Source: a virus (Duplodnaviria > Caudoviricetes). From it: a stretch of 64,000 nt of DNA. The first letter of the stretch is position 1. Each line of letters begins with the position of its first letter. Below, in pieces: positions 1 to 8,358 of this stretch. The notes below the pieces were generated by a model. It made no database searches. It was not told the origin of the DNA and was given only the letters and a program-made list of their open reading frames with translations. The stretch lies in the IMG/VR virus record IMGVR_UViG_3300011116_001227. One strand, given 5' to 3'. The translations under genes and the position numbers were made by a program.

Positions 1-1
1 C

Positions 2-160
2 ACAACCGATTCTCGGTGGGATGAAAAAAATGCCCACGGCTCATGGCTCAATTCCATGGAGAAAATCGGGTTCCGCACCGGAAAATATGAACTGGATGGG
101 GTGGTTAACCTATATGTTTGGGTGAAAGAAGAGGAGAAAAAATGTCGGGAGGATCACTAA
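2..160 (+). CDS. partial hypothetical protein (C-terminal part, runs off window start)
   Basis: Open frame TTDSRWDEKNAHGSW...KCREDH to TAA 158-160, overlapping the ATG at 142. Confidence 0.4.
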   Translation, partial: TTDSRWDEKNAHGSWLNSMEKIGFRTGKYELDGVVNLYVWVKEEEKKCREDH

Positions 161-420
161 ACCCACAATACCTGTATTACCAGGTGAACCAATTCGCGGA
201 TGAACTTGAGAACCGAATCGAAAACAACAATGTTCCGGATGAATACGGTTATGCCCCAAACCTCCCGGATGATATCCTAGATTACCTAAAACTCCAGGTT
301 TCCAACCTAAGGAAAATCTCCGAGGTGATGAGAGCAACGGATTACCTATTCGCAGGGGATCACGGCCCAGATAACTTTATGAAGGTTATCCAGAAGATTG
401 AAGAGAAGGGTAATAATTAG
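142..420 (+). CDS. hypothetical phage protein
   Basis: ORF 118..420; start more likely ATG 142 (MSGGSLN) with GAGGAG upstream. Confidence 0.6.
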   Translation: MSGGSLNPQYLYYQVNQFADELENRIENNNVPDEYGYAPNLPDDILDYLKLQVSNLRKISEVMRATDYLFAGDHGPDNFMKVIQKIEEKGNN

Positions 421-425
421 AGATC

Positions 426-728
426 ATGAAGATCACAACATCTCAACTCAAAAAGATCATCGCAGAAGAAGTTAAGAAAGCAATCATTGGTGAAGCCATG
501 GAGGCCGGCCCGGTTGGATCGGCAGAACTTCAAACCATGCTCGATGTGGTTTGTGATGGATTCAAGGCCCAATTCGATCCCAAGGATCCCAGCATGGATG
601 CCAGCGGTGGTAAACCAGTTTGGGATCAACAATGCGAAACGGCTTGTGAAGTTCTAGGTGAAAAAATCCAGGAACTCATCATGCAGGTTGAAGAAGATCT
701 TCACCTCGGGCAATTCTACCAGGAATGA
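426..728 (+). CDS. putative virion/internal head protein with MKIT-QL-IIxEE leader
   Basis: N-terminus MKITTSQLKKIIAEEVKKAIIGEA; motif shared with many ORFs in the window. Confidence 0.65.
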   Translation: MKITTSQLKKIIAEEVKKAIIGEAMEAGPVGSAELQTMLDVVCDGFKAQFDPKDPSMDASGGKPVWDQQCETACEVLGEKIQELIMQVEEDLHLGQFYQE

Positions 729-732
729 AATC

Positions 733-1413
733 ATGAAGATCACAGTTTCACAACTCCGTAAGATCATCCGAGAAGAGGTTGAGAAAAACCTAACCGAAGC
801 CAACTTCAAAGTTGGTGATAAGGTAACGGAAAAGGGAACCGATTCAGGTTGGTGGGAGATCCTAGAATTAATTCCCGATAATAGAACAGGTAAAACCGTT
901 GCCAAATTACAAATGTTTCAACCCGTGGGCGGTAAGAAACCTATCACACACGTAACAACGGATAAACTTGCTAAAGTTAGAGAATCCCTATCTCGATCGG
1001 CTCCCCTAAAGGATGGCGGTGTTGTTAACCGAGATTCAGGAGAAATTCTGGATATGGATACCGTTCCTCCTCAATACCTCGATCATGTTGAAATCGATGC
1101 GGAAGGTTATACCACACTTCCAAATGAACAATTCGAACAACTCCGCGGGGAATTAAAAGGATTATCTGCAGGGAAACCAAAGAAACAGTGGAAAGCCCCT
1201 TTCCAACTTAACAGAGAATCCCCAGATCCTCAGGATGTTCATGATGAATTTCTTAAGTTAAGGGATTATGATGGTGAAGTTCCCCTCAAAATGCTGGCGG
1301 CCGGTTTAGGGGTAGAACCCAACCAAATCGATTGGAACGGAACCGGGTTAAGGGTGATCAACGGTGTTGTTACTGAACTCCTCGGTGATCCTCCGTACAA
1401 AAACTCCCCATGA
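733..1413 (+). CDS. putative virion protein with MKIT leader and SH3/KOW-like segment
   Basis: Internal ATG 733 gives MKITVSQLRKIIREEVEKNLTEANFKVGDKV. Confidence 0.65.
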   Translation: MKITVSQLRKIIREEVEKNLTEANFKVGDKVTEKGTDSGWWEILELIPDNRTGKTVAKLQMFQPVGGKKPITHVTTDKLAKVRESLSRSAPLKDGGVVNRDSGEILDMDTVPPQYLDHVEIDAEGYTTLPNEQFEQLRGELKGLSAGKPKKQWKAPFQLNRESPDPQDVHDEFLKLRDYDGEVPLKMLAAGLGVEPNQIDWNGTGLRVINGVVTELLGDPPYKNSP

Positions 1414-1508
1414 TCCCATCAAGCCCGGCCGCTGAGGAATACCTCAACGGTGTGGATTTAAGTTCCTGTTCTAAACAAAGTTATACAACCAGCAACTTTC
1501 ATTCCTAA
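1410..1508 (+). pseudogene. truncated copy of the start of ORF 1866..2066
   Basis: MIPSSPAAEEYLNG shares SSPAAEEYL and 27/28 nt with 1882..1909, then diverges and stops after 32 codons. Confidence 0.5.
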
Positions 1509-1510
1509 GT

Positions 1511-1873
1511 ATGCAAAGGATACTTGTTTGTGGTTCTAGGGATTGGAATGATATTGGTGTGATTCGCGAAAGGTTGGAAAAATTTCCCAATAATTCGATT
1601 GTGATTCACGGTGGCTGTAGGGGTGCTGACATCATATCTGGGATGATTGCTGAGGAACTTGGCATGGAAGTGTTGTGTTTCCCCGCCGAGTGGGAAAAAC
1701 ATGGAAAAAGTGCTGGACCAAAGAGAAACCAAAGGATGCTGGAGGAAGGTGTTCCAACCCTCATTTTGGCTTTTCATGATGATATCAGTTCATCAAAGGG
1801 AACACTTGACATGATCAAACGTGCCAAAAACAAGGGAATCAATGTAGAATTGATCGGTTCAAAACATGGATGA
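1511..1873 (+). CDS. SLOG-family (DUF2493/YspA-like) protein
   Basis: RILVCGSRDW, VIHGGCRGAD, PAEWEKHGKSAGPKRNQRML, SKGTLDMI are typical of this family. Confidence 0.8.
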   Translation: MQRILVCGSRDWNDIGVIRERLEKFPNNSIVIHGGCRGADIISGMIAEELGMEVLCFPAEWEKHGKSAGPKRNQRMLEEGVPTLILAFHDDISSSKGTLDMIKRAKNKGINVELIGSKHG

Positions 1874-2066
1874 TAACCAGACATCCAGCCCGGCCGCTGA
1901 GGAATACCTTCGGATCCTCTGGGATGTTGAGATGAAAAACACGGATGAACACGAGTGGCAAACAACCCTCGATTCACTGTGGAACCAATTATCCCCAGAG
2001 GATATCAGGATCATTGAGGAACGGCACGAGGCCTTCTTCAAGCTCCTCTACCCGGATGAACCCTAA
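1866..2066 (+). CDS. hypothetical protein
   Basis: 66-aa acidic ORF overlapping the upstream stop. Confidence 0.55.
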   Translation: MDDNQTSSPAAEEYLRILWDVEMKNTDEHEWQTTLDSLWNQLSPEDIRIIEERHEAFFKLLYPDEP

Positions 2067-2094
2067 CACAAAAGGTAACTCTAGGTTTACTTTC

Positions 2095-2124
2095 GTGCAA
2101 AACCTCGCGGGGCGATGATAGAAT
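2095..2124 (+). promoter_or_regulatory. sigma70-like promoter candidate GTGCAA-N18-TAGAAT (extended -10 TG)
   Basis: Intergenic; same GTGnAA-N18-TAnnnT geometry at 3428, 5726 and 50271 (minus). Confidence 0.4.
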
Positions 2125-2148
2125 AGATTGTAGGATATGATTATCTCT

Positions 2149-2490
2149 ATGAAGATTATGTTAAACCAACTACGCAGGATAAACAAGGAAGAAGTTCAAA
2201 AAACCATGGATGAGATGGGAGCGCCAAGAGCAAAGCGGCCAAGGGCTCTTCCTGGCCAAGTTACGGATCCTGAAGAATTAAAACTCGCGATGAAGGATGC
2301 TTACGGCTTCGATCTACCTTATATACCTGTTCCTGGCAATCCAAACATGGCGTTGGTGAGAGATATGGAGATCCCAGGCCAGTTTTTCCCCTGGAAATAT
2401 GAAGCATCCGGCCCCTATCGCGGGTGGAGTGAAAGTGATGGGCCCGTTGTTAAGATGGGTAAAAAGTCCCGCGGGGTGATGATAAAATAA
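2149..2490 (+). CDS. hypothetical protein with degenerate MKI-QL-I-EE leader
   Basis: ATG 2149 gives MKIMLNQLRRINKEEVQK. Confidence 0.6.
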   Translation: MKIMLNQLRRINKEEVQKTMDEMGAPRAKRPRALPGQVTDPEELKLAMKDAYGFDLPYIPVPGNPNMALVRDMEIPGQFFPWKYEASGPYRGWSESDGPVVKMGKKSRGVMIK

Positions 2491-2494
2491 AATC

Positions 2495-2719
2495 ATGGCT
2501 CCACAACCCGGTGATCTAATCCAAATCCTGTCAGATACCCACGGCTACCCGGATAACTGGATCCGCGGCACAGATCCAACTAGATTTCCCATCGGCTCCA
2601 CAGGCATCCTTCTGGAAATAAAACCTCCTTCATATAATGAACCCCGAACCTTTTTCAAGGTTGCAACCCCTCAAGGCTCAGTATCCATCTTCGAAGGATT
2701 CACAATCGTAATCAAATGA
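2495..2719 (+). CDS. small SH3/KOW-like hypothetical protein
   Basis: PGDLIQI...GILLEI...FKVATPQG pattern. Confidence 0.5.
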   Translation: MAPQPGDLIQILSDTHGYPDNWIRGTDPTRFPIGSTGILLEIKPPSYNEPRTFFKVATPQGSVSIFEGFTIVIK

Positions 2720-2943
2720 AACTCGGTGATCTTGTCTCATATGAATGGGGCTACTCAAATGCAAAGATTCGAATAACAGGAATCTTGCTGGCCCTCAAAC
2801 CATTCGGAATCACAAATCAACACGAATTCCCTCCATCAGCCAGGGTACAATTCTCATTCGAACTCCTTGAACCAGACGGAAAACGAAACTGGTACGATGT
2901 CTGGATGGGCGAATCAGGCCCGAAAGTCATATCATCGTGCTGA
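2716..2943 (+). CDS. small SH3/KOW-like hypothetical protein
   Basis: MKLGDLVSY...GILL...ELLEPDG; ATGA-coupled. Confidence 0.5.
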   Translation: MKLGDLVSYEWGYSNAKIRITGILLALKPFGITNQHEFPPSARVQFSFELLEPDGKRNWYDVWMGESGPKVISSC

Positions 2944-3224
2944 AACCCGGCCAACCAAAAAGATTTCGCAAAGGAAATCTTGCCCTGGTTTCACCACCCA
3001 CACCAACCAAACCATCTTTACCTGACATTCTCGCAATTTGGTCGGAACCTGTTCCTTCTTCCAAAAGCCCAAGAATCATTGGCAACCTGCGCAAGAATGA
3101 CATTGTCTTAATCATCAATATTCACAATGTTGATCAATATATCCAATATTCAAAGATTTTCTCAGCCCACAGGAACACGGTTGGGTGGGTCAATTCGAAG
3201 TTCCTGGTCAAGGTTCAGAAATGA
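2937..3224 (+). CDS. small SH3-like hypothetical protein
   Basis: FRKGNLALV...IVLII...VGWVNSKFL resembles an SH3b-type barrel. Confidence 0.5.
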   Translation: MLKPGQPKRFRKGNLALVSPPTPTKPSLPDILAIWSEPVPSSKSPRIIGNLRKNDIVLIINIHNVDQYIQYSKIFSAHRNTVGWVNSKFLVKVQK

Positions 3225-3433
3225 TGTCACGTTCATCCCACATCTGTCCCGGTGACCTGGTCATCATCACCAACTTCGCTCCTGAATACAACCCGGAAAG
3301 AGTTGGGATCATCCTCGACCGCTGCATTCCATACAAGAACGGTTACAAGTATGCCGTCCTCACGGACCGCGGAGAAGAATTCATAGAAGATGTTTTCCTC
3401 TTCAATCAAGAACCGTGTCAACCCACCGTGTAA
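3221..3433 (+). CDS. small SH3/KOW-like hypothetical protein
   Basis: CPGDLVII...GIILD...YAVLTDRG; start at ATG 3221 overlapping the upstream stop. Confidence 0.5.
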   Translation: MMSRSSHICPGDLVIITNFAPEYNPERVGIILDRCIPYKNGYKYAVLTDRGEEFIEDVFLFNQEPCQPTV

Positions 3434-3468
3434 AAAATCAAAATAACGGATTAAGGTTATCAGAAGAC

Positions 3469-5115
3469 ATGATCACAAAATCTAGGAAGTTCTGGCTCTC
3501 ATTGACTGGCGGTCTGCTGGTCTCGACCTGTTTCTTTTCATACCCATATGTCCTCAGGTGGCAAATTGAGAAAAGAATCCCAGGCGTCCAATTCCAGGAT
3601 GCACACCTCTCAACCTCAGGGGTAACAATCACAGGGGTATCCCTAGACAAAGGTTGGGTCAAAGGCAACCTAGACTGTGTCTCATCAGACTTCCAGGGTC
3701 ACAACATCACAATCGACGGCGGTTCTCTTTCAGTAAACCTGGATGCCAGACCACATGGCAACGGTCAAGAAGATCATCAACGAAACATTCAGTTCAACAA
3801 CCTGACCCTCAAGGTCACCAAGGAAGATCACAACCTCTCGCTGGACGGTGTCAGGTCTGAAGATCACAAGGTCTGTTTCTCAGGGGCTCAGTTGGAGACA
3901 CCGTCAATCTCGGCCGGTCAAGGTTGTTTCGACAGAGAAACCCACACAGTCACGGTCGGGGAAGCCAACCTCAAACAACTCAAGATCATGGGTGCCGTGG
4001 TCACAGACCTTGTGGCCAACAAGATCACCTACAACACCAAAGAAAAGGTTGCAGAGGTGGACGGTGTCACGGCACAGATCATCTTCGAAAAACAAACTTT
4101 CTCAATTGAAACCAACGGAGTCAAGGCCTCTCGACATCCGGACACTGTCACCCTGGGATCTCTAAGGGTACGGCACCCGTGGTTGGCTTCAGACTGGATC
4201 ACCATGGAAAATGTGAAGGTCCAGCACGGCGAAAGGTGGGACCTGACGGTCGGCGGCAGTCATGTTCAGGTTGAACCAGGAACTCTAACTCTGTCAGGGT
4301 CCGAGACTTGTGACACGTGGATCGGTTCTCTACCAGTCAACCTCAAGGCATCTCCACTGGACAAGATCCACATGACAGGCCGGACCAGCTTCTCGATCGG
4401 ATTCAGACCAAAACCGTCCTTCTCTCTGAAGTCCGACTGCAGGGCAACCTGCAATTCACTTCCAAACCTAAGGAAACCATTCACCTACACAGCATACGGT
4501 CCAAAGGGAGAAAAGTTCCAAAGGGAGACCGGCCCGGGTTCTAAGGGTTGGGTCCCACTACGGATGATGGGTGACATGCCACTGGCCGTGACAACCATGG
4601 AAGATCCAGGCTTCGAACATCACAGGGGATTCATAACCCAGGCCTTCTTCAACAGCTTCACGGATAACTTGAAACAGGGCCGCTTTCTTCGGGGAGGAAG
4701 TACCTTAACCATGCAACTTGCCAAGAACCTGTGGCTCACCCGAGACAAGACCCTGGGCAGAAAAGTTCAGGAATTCTTCCTGGCCCAAGGAATAGAATCA
4801 TGTTATTCGAAGGATGAGATCATGGAACTATACCTGAACATTGTTGAATTTGGTCCTAACCAGTATGGGATTGGATCAGGTGCCCAGCATTGGTTTAAGA
4901 AGGGCCCAGGAGAACTAGTTCCGTCTGAGGCATTTTGGTTGGCCAGCATTCTACCTCGGCCCAGCAAGGCCCCGCCGCCGACCGATGAAGCTCTTAAGAG
5001 AATTGAGGGATTGATGAAACGGTTGGCCGATGACGGTAGGATACCTGATTTCAGTTTAGATGTTGTTGAAGATGATGCTGGAGGATCGGATGTTCAGCCG
5101 CAAATTGATCAATGA
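3469..5115 (+). CDS. membrane-anchored peptidoglycan transglycosylase (GT51, MtgA-like C-terminal domain)
   Basis: N-terminal TM; GT51 motifs EDPGFEHHRG, GGSTLTMQLAKNL, RKVQE, KDEIMELYLN; no transpeptidase domain. Confidence 0.85.
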   Translation: MITKSRKFWLSLTGGLLVSTCFFSYPYVLRWQIEKRIPGVQFQDAHLSTSGVTITGVSLDKGWVKGNLDCVSSDFQGHNITIDGGSLSVNLDARPHGNGQEDHQRNIQFNNLTLKVTKEDHNLSLDGVRSEDHKVCFSGAQLETPSISAGQGCFDRETHTVTVGEANLKQLKIMGAVVTDLVANKITYNTKEKVAEVDGVTAQIIFEKQTFSIETNGVKASRHPDTVTLGSLRVRHPWLASDWITMENVKVQHGERWDLTVGGSHVQVEPGTLTLSGSETCDTWIGSLPVNLKASPLDKIHMTGRTSFSIGFRPKPSFSLKSDCRATCNSLPNLRKPFTYTAYGPKGEKFQRETGPGSKGWVPLRMMGDMPLAVTTMEDPGFEHHRGFITQAFFNSFTDNLKQGRFLRGGSTLTMQLAKNLWLTRDKTLGRKVQEFFLAQGIESCYSKDEIMELYLNIVEFGPNQYGIGSGAQHWFKKGPGELVPSEAFWLASILPRPSKAPPPTDEALKRIEGLMKRLADDGRIPDFSLDVVEDDAGGSDVQPQIDQ

Positions 5116-5324
5116 CAATGATGGTCGGTGATCTGATCAGGTCAAAGTTTAGAAATGAATATGTGTCAATTTGGGGATCACCTGACTATGTGAATTACCT
5201 TGGTGAGTTTGGACCAACCCACGTTGGCATCATACTTGGACGAGATGACACACGTGATGTTTATAGAATATTGATCAATGGTAAATGTGGCTGGATATTT
5301 GAAACATTTCTGGAGAGGATCTAG
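5112..5324 (+). CDS. small SH3/KOW-like hypothetical protein
   Basis: MVGDLIRS...GIILG...YRILING. Confidence 0.5.
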   Translation: MTMMVGDLIRSKFRNEYVSIWGSPDYVNYLGEFGPTHVGIILGRDDTRDVYRILINGKCGWIFETFLERI

Positions 5325-5539
5325 TGACTTTTGTTCTGACTCCGGGTGACTTGATAAAGATCTCTTATGCCAATGGTAGGTTGGATCATGAAGGACCGAC
5401 ATTGGGAATATTTGTTTCTTCTAGAGGCCTAAAATGGGGAGATGATTACTTCCGATACAAGATGATCACACCAAAAGGAATAGAAGAGATCCTCGTGTGG
5501 AACGGTGACTGGGTGGAGATCATCAATGAAACCAGGTGA
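5324..5539 (+). CDS. small SH3/KOW-like hypothetical protein
   Basis: TPGDLIKI...GIFV...YKMITPKG. Confidence 0.5.
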   Translation: MTFVLTPGDLIKISYANGRLDHEGPTLGIFVSSRGLKWGDDYFRYKMITPKGIEEILVWNGDWVEIINETR

Positions 5540-5729
5540 TCTTGTCAAAGGCAAACCCTACAACACCCGGTTCTCAGGTGCCGTGATCACACCCATGACT
5601 GGGATCATCATCAAGGAATCCAACAGGACCAACTACTGGGGTGACACCATCCATAGATGGTGGTGGATCCTTACAGAAAATGGGCAGATGATCGAAGAGG
5701 TAGAAAACTACATCGAAAATGTTCAGTGA
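5526..5729 (+). CDS. small SH3/KOW-like hypothetical protein
   Basis: ATG 5526: MKPGDLVKG...GIII...WILTENG. Confidence 0.5.
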   Translation: MKPGDLVKGKPYNTRFSGAVITPMTGIIIKESNRTNYWGDTIHRWWWILTENGQMIEEVENYIENVQ

Positions 5730-5781
5730 AAAATATCCCTCTGATGGTTTATAATCATATCATGCAGAAACAACAATCACC

Positions 5782-5958
5782 ATGGCTCCCGGAACACTTG
5801 TGAAATACTGCCCACACTGGGCAACCCAAATGGGCATAAAGGATAGCAGATTATATGTGATCATCTCTTATGATCCACAGCACAATTGGTGTCAGGCCAT
5901 AACCTCTTCGACCGGAGAAATTACAAAATTCTGGACAGAAGATCTCGTAGAATGCTAA
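5782..5958 (+). CDS. small SH3/KOW-like hypothetical protein (not in ORF track)
   Basis: Hand-translated 58 aa MAPGTLVKYCPHW...KFWTEDLVEC; TATAAT at 5750. Confidence 0.5.
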   Translation: MAPGTLVKYCPHWATQMGIKDSRLYVIISYDPQHNWCQAITSSTGEITKFWTEDLVEC

Positions 5959-6001
5959 AATGTAACAGTCACTGACTGTGATACAAAGGGAAGTTGTATC
6001 T

Positions 6002-6238
6002 ATGTCTGAAACCTGGAAACTTAAAAGAGGAAATCTACTTCACATCACTTCTGGACGGAAGAAAGACAAGTTTGGACTCATATTGGATGTTGTGGGTCCT
6101 AGAAAATCGACCGCGATGGGTTACTATTTTTACATTCGGATGTTGTCAGAATTCGGAAAAGAATCTGTCATCCTGAAGACGGTGGACACATGGGATATTC
6201 TCAACCAAACCGAAGAATTTGGTGATCCATGTCAGTGA
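6002..6238 (+). CDS. small SH3/KOW-like hypothetical protein
   Basis: KRGNLLHI...GLILDV...IRMLSEFG. Confidence 0.5.
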   Translation: MSETWKLKRGNLLHITSGRKKDKFGLILDVVGPRKSTAMGYYFYIRMLSEFGKESVILKTVDTWDILNQTEEFGDPCQ

Positions 6239-6480
6239 CCATCAAGCGGTCATCACCGCCCAGGAAAGTGGGTAGAAAACCAAACCACAAGTTTTCCGTG
6301 GGAAACATGATATCAGTGTCTTTCGACGGAGATCCTCCTTGCATGGTGGGACTTGTGTTGGACATAGATGCGCCCAGCGAGACAGGGAATTCATTCTATG
6401 TCATAAAAATCCTCACCGATTCAGGCGAAGTTATGAAGACGTGGATATCTACCTTAGATCAGGTGGAGATTCTTTGTTGA
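6229..6480 (+). CDS. small SH3/KOW-like hypothetical protein
   Basis: SVGNMISV...GLVLD...IKILTDSGE; paralog of the next ORF. Confidence 0.5.
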   Translation: MSVTIKRSSPPRKVGRKPNHKFSVGNMISVSFDGDPPCMVGLVLDIDAPSETGNSFYVIKILTDSGEVMKTWISTLDQVEILC

Positions 6481-6719
6481 ACAGTTGTCGAGTCGGAGAT
6501 CTAGTGAAGGTGACCCTCAAGGATTTCATGAGGTCAGACCCACAAGTCATCATCGGCACGGTTCTGGAAACTAGTCCCGGTCAACCTCACATCACCCCAG
6601 AATCTCCTTCGGAACCCGGTCCGATCTATGAGATCAAACTCCTCACAACTTCAGGAGAGATATGGGAGTCATGGATCGACCAACGAGATGATCTGGAAAT
6701 CTTAGAAAAATGTCGATAG
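6474..6719 (+). CDS. small SH3/KOW-like hypothetical protein
   Basis: Likely TTG start; RVGDLVKV...GTVLE...IKLLTTSGE. Confidence 0.5.
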   Translation: MLNSCRVGDLVKVTLKDFMRSDPQVIIGTVLETSPGQPHITPESPSEPGPIYEIKLLTTSGEIWESWIDQRDDLEILEKCR

Positions 6720-6728
6720 ATAGAAGAC

Positions 6729-7046
6729 ATGAAACAGACTCAATTTAATAATCTAGTCATCATTTCTTCTATTTTTTTATGTATTTTTTGTTTTGCAAAG
6801 CATTTCGTTAATGCACCGATGTCTTCTGACAAAGGTACTCAAATTTACTCTACGAAACACTCTAGTGACTATATCATCAGAGAAAATGTAGACATCAAGT
6901 CGAAGTCACAAGAACAGTATTTTTTACAAAAATCTGATTTGAAATACTGCTGTTCAGAAATTGGAAAGATTTATGAATCAACAGTCGACTGCTATGATTA
7001 CTCTGTTGACTGTATTGACAGTGTTTGTGAATACGAAAAGCCGTGA
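6729..7046 (+). CDS. hypothetical membrane-anchored Cys-containing protein
   Basis: N-terminal hydrophobic stretch, Cys-rich C-terminus. Confidence 0.5.
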   Translation: MKQTQFNNLVIISSIFLCIFCFAKHFVNAPMSSDKGTQIYSTKHSSDYIIRENVDIKSKSQEQYFLQKSDLKYCCSEIGKIYESTVDCYDYSVDCIDSVCEYEKP

Positions 7047-7048
7047 TT

Positions 7049-7450
7049 TTAAACTAATTTTCTCTTTAGTTTAATCTCTTTAATGAGCGAATGTTTATCT
7101 TTTAATATATTGTCTTTTAATATAATTCTGAATTTTTCTGCATCATCTAACACATCTGGATTGTATGCTCTGAATGAGCCTCCGTGTCCGATGTCTAAGT
7201 GACAAGAATTTTTGCCCATGCAGAGTGTGATTAGATTATTTGGATCCAACTCGAGCTCTGGATGCAAGTGAAAAGGCTCAATATGATGAACTTGCAGATG
7301 TTCATTGTTGCCGCAAGATTCACAGATCTGATGTTGTCTCAAGTGATGATCTCTCACTGAGTCCCACTTTGAAGATCGATTCTTCGATTTAGATGCTTCT
7401 CTAAGACTCGAATGAATTCTTTTAATTCCTGACAATATTTTTTTTATCAT
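7049..7450 (-). CDS. HNH endonuclease
   Basis: CESCG...LQVHHIEP...NLITLC...CHLDIGH. Confidence 0.8.
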   Translation of the reverse strand: MIKKILSGIKRIHSSLREASKSKNRSSKWDSVRDHHLRQHQICESCGNNEHLQVHHIEPFHLHPELELDPNNLITLCMGKNSCHLDIGHGGSFRAYNPDVLDDAEKFRIILKDNILKDKHSLIKEIKLKRKLV

Positions 7451-7487
7451 GTCACTCTCTTAAGCCTCACATCTTATGCAAACGAAT

Positions 7488-7526
7488 CAGCCTCGGTGAT
7501 TAACTAGTCAGTTGTTACCGAGGCTG
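7488..7526. terminator. long stem-loop, probable terminator
   Basis: CAGCCTCGGTGA / TTACCGAGGCTG arms with inner AACT/AGTT pairing; intergenic. Confidence 0.55.
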
Positions 7527-7578
7527 CTTTAATTTAATCTTATTAAATTAAAAGTATTTATTATTAATCTAATAAATC

Positions 7579-7953
7579 TTAATATTCGTCGTCGTCTTCA
7601 AAGTCTTCAAAGTCTTCAAAGTCTTCTTCATAGTCCCAATCTTCATCTTCGTGTGACATGCTGTACTTGGGTTCCATATAAGAAAAAACTTGGCTGAGAT
7701 TTTCTTGAGCAACAGAGATGTGATCTTGAACCCATGCAGGAAGTTGGTCTCCATCGTCGAGCATGTCACACAGCATGAATGCCATTTTTTTAATACGATA
7801 AAGTTGTGATTTTGACATCCCACCTTCAGCGTCGTATGGTTCACCATCCTCAGCGCCATGTAAGAAGAAATCAAAATCTTCTTCTGGCTCATCGACTACT
7901 GTAATTGATGACTCTTGCAGCATTCTTTTTAATTGCTTGGCTGTAATTTTCAT
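7579..7953 (-). CDS. putative virion protein with MKIT leader, conserved helical domain and acidic tail
   Basis: ATG 7953 MKITAKQLKRMLQES; core EGGMSKSQL...DQLPAWVQD paralogous to 58172..58774; tail FED x3 from a 9-nt tandem repeat. Confidence 0.65.
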   Translation of the reverse strand: MKITAKQLKRMLQESSITVVDEPEEDFDFFLHGAEDGEPYDAEGGMSKSQLYRIKKMAFMLCDMLDDGDQLPAWVQDHISVAQENLSQVFSYMEPKYSMSHEDEDWDYEEDFEDFEDFEDDDEY

Positions 7954-8078
7954 GTTAGCCTCTCTTAAACAATATCTGTAATTACAGCTTAAGTATACTT
8001 TTGCATTGAAGCTTTTTTGAATACTTACGACAGGATAGCGAATTATTTGTCTTAAAGTTAAGCACAATAGCAAGAGTC

Positions 8079-8342
8079 GTGATGATCAAGAAAGATAAAA
8101 TTAATCTTGGAGATTTGCTCATGATCGATACACACGACGGAAGAAATGCAATTGTCTGGTCTATCTGTCCTCCCCCAAATTTAAGTGCAGATATAGAAGT
8201 TGTCGACAGTCTTGAAGCAGGTGATTTCTGTTTGTGTATTGACGCTGAGGCATTTTTTGAAGACTATATTGCTGTTCTTACACACAACGAAGTCATCGGA
8301 TATGTCAGCAAAGAGCAAGTAGAAAGAATCAGGCGTTGTTAA
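8079..8342 (+). CDS. small SH3-like hypothetical protein
   Basis: NLGDLLMI...VIGYVSKEQV. Confidence 0.5.
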   Translation: MMIKKDKINLGDLLMIDTHDGRNAIVWSICPPPNLSADIEVVDSLEAGDFCLCIDAEAFFEDYIAVLTHNEVIGYVSKEQVERIRRC

Positions 8343-8358
8343 ATTACGTTGACTGATT

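Noticed and set aside
7594-7626. 9-nt tandem repeat GTCTTCAAA x3
   Set aside because: It simply encodes the FED repeat of an acidic tail; too short for a regulatory array.
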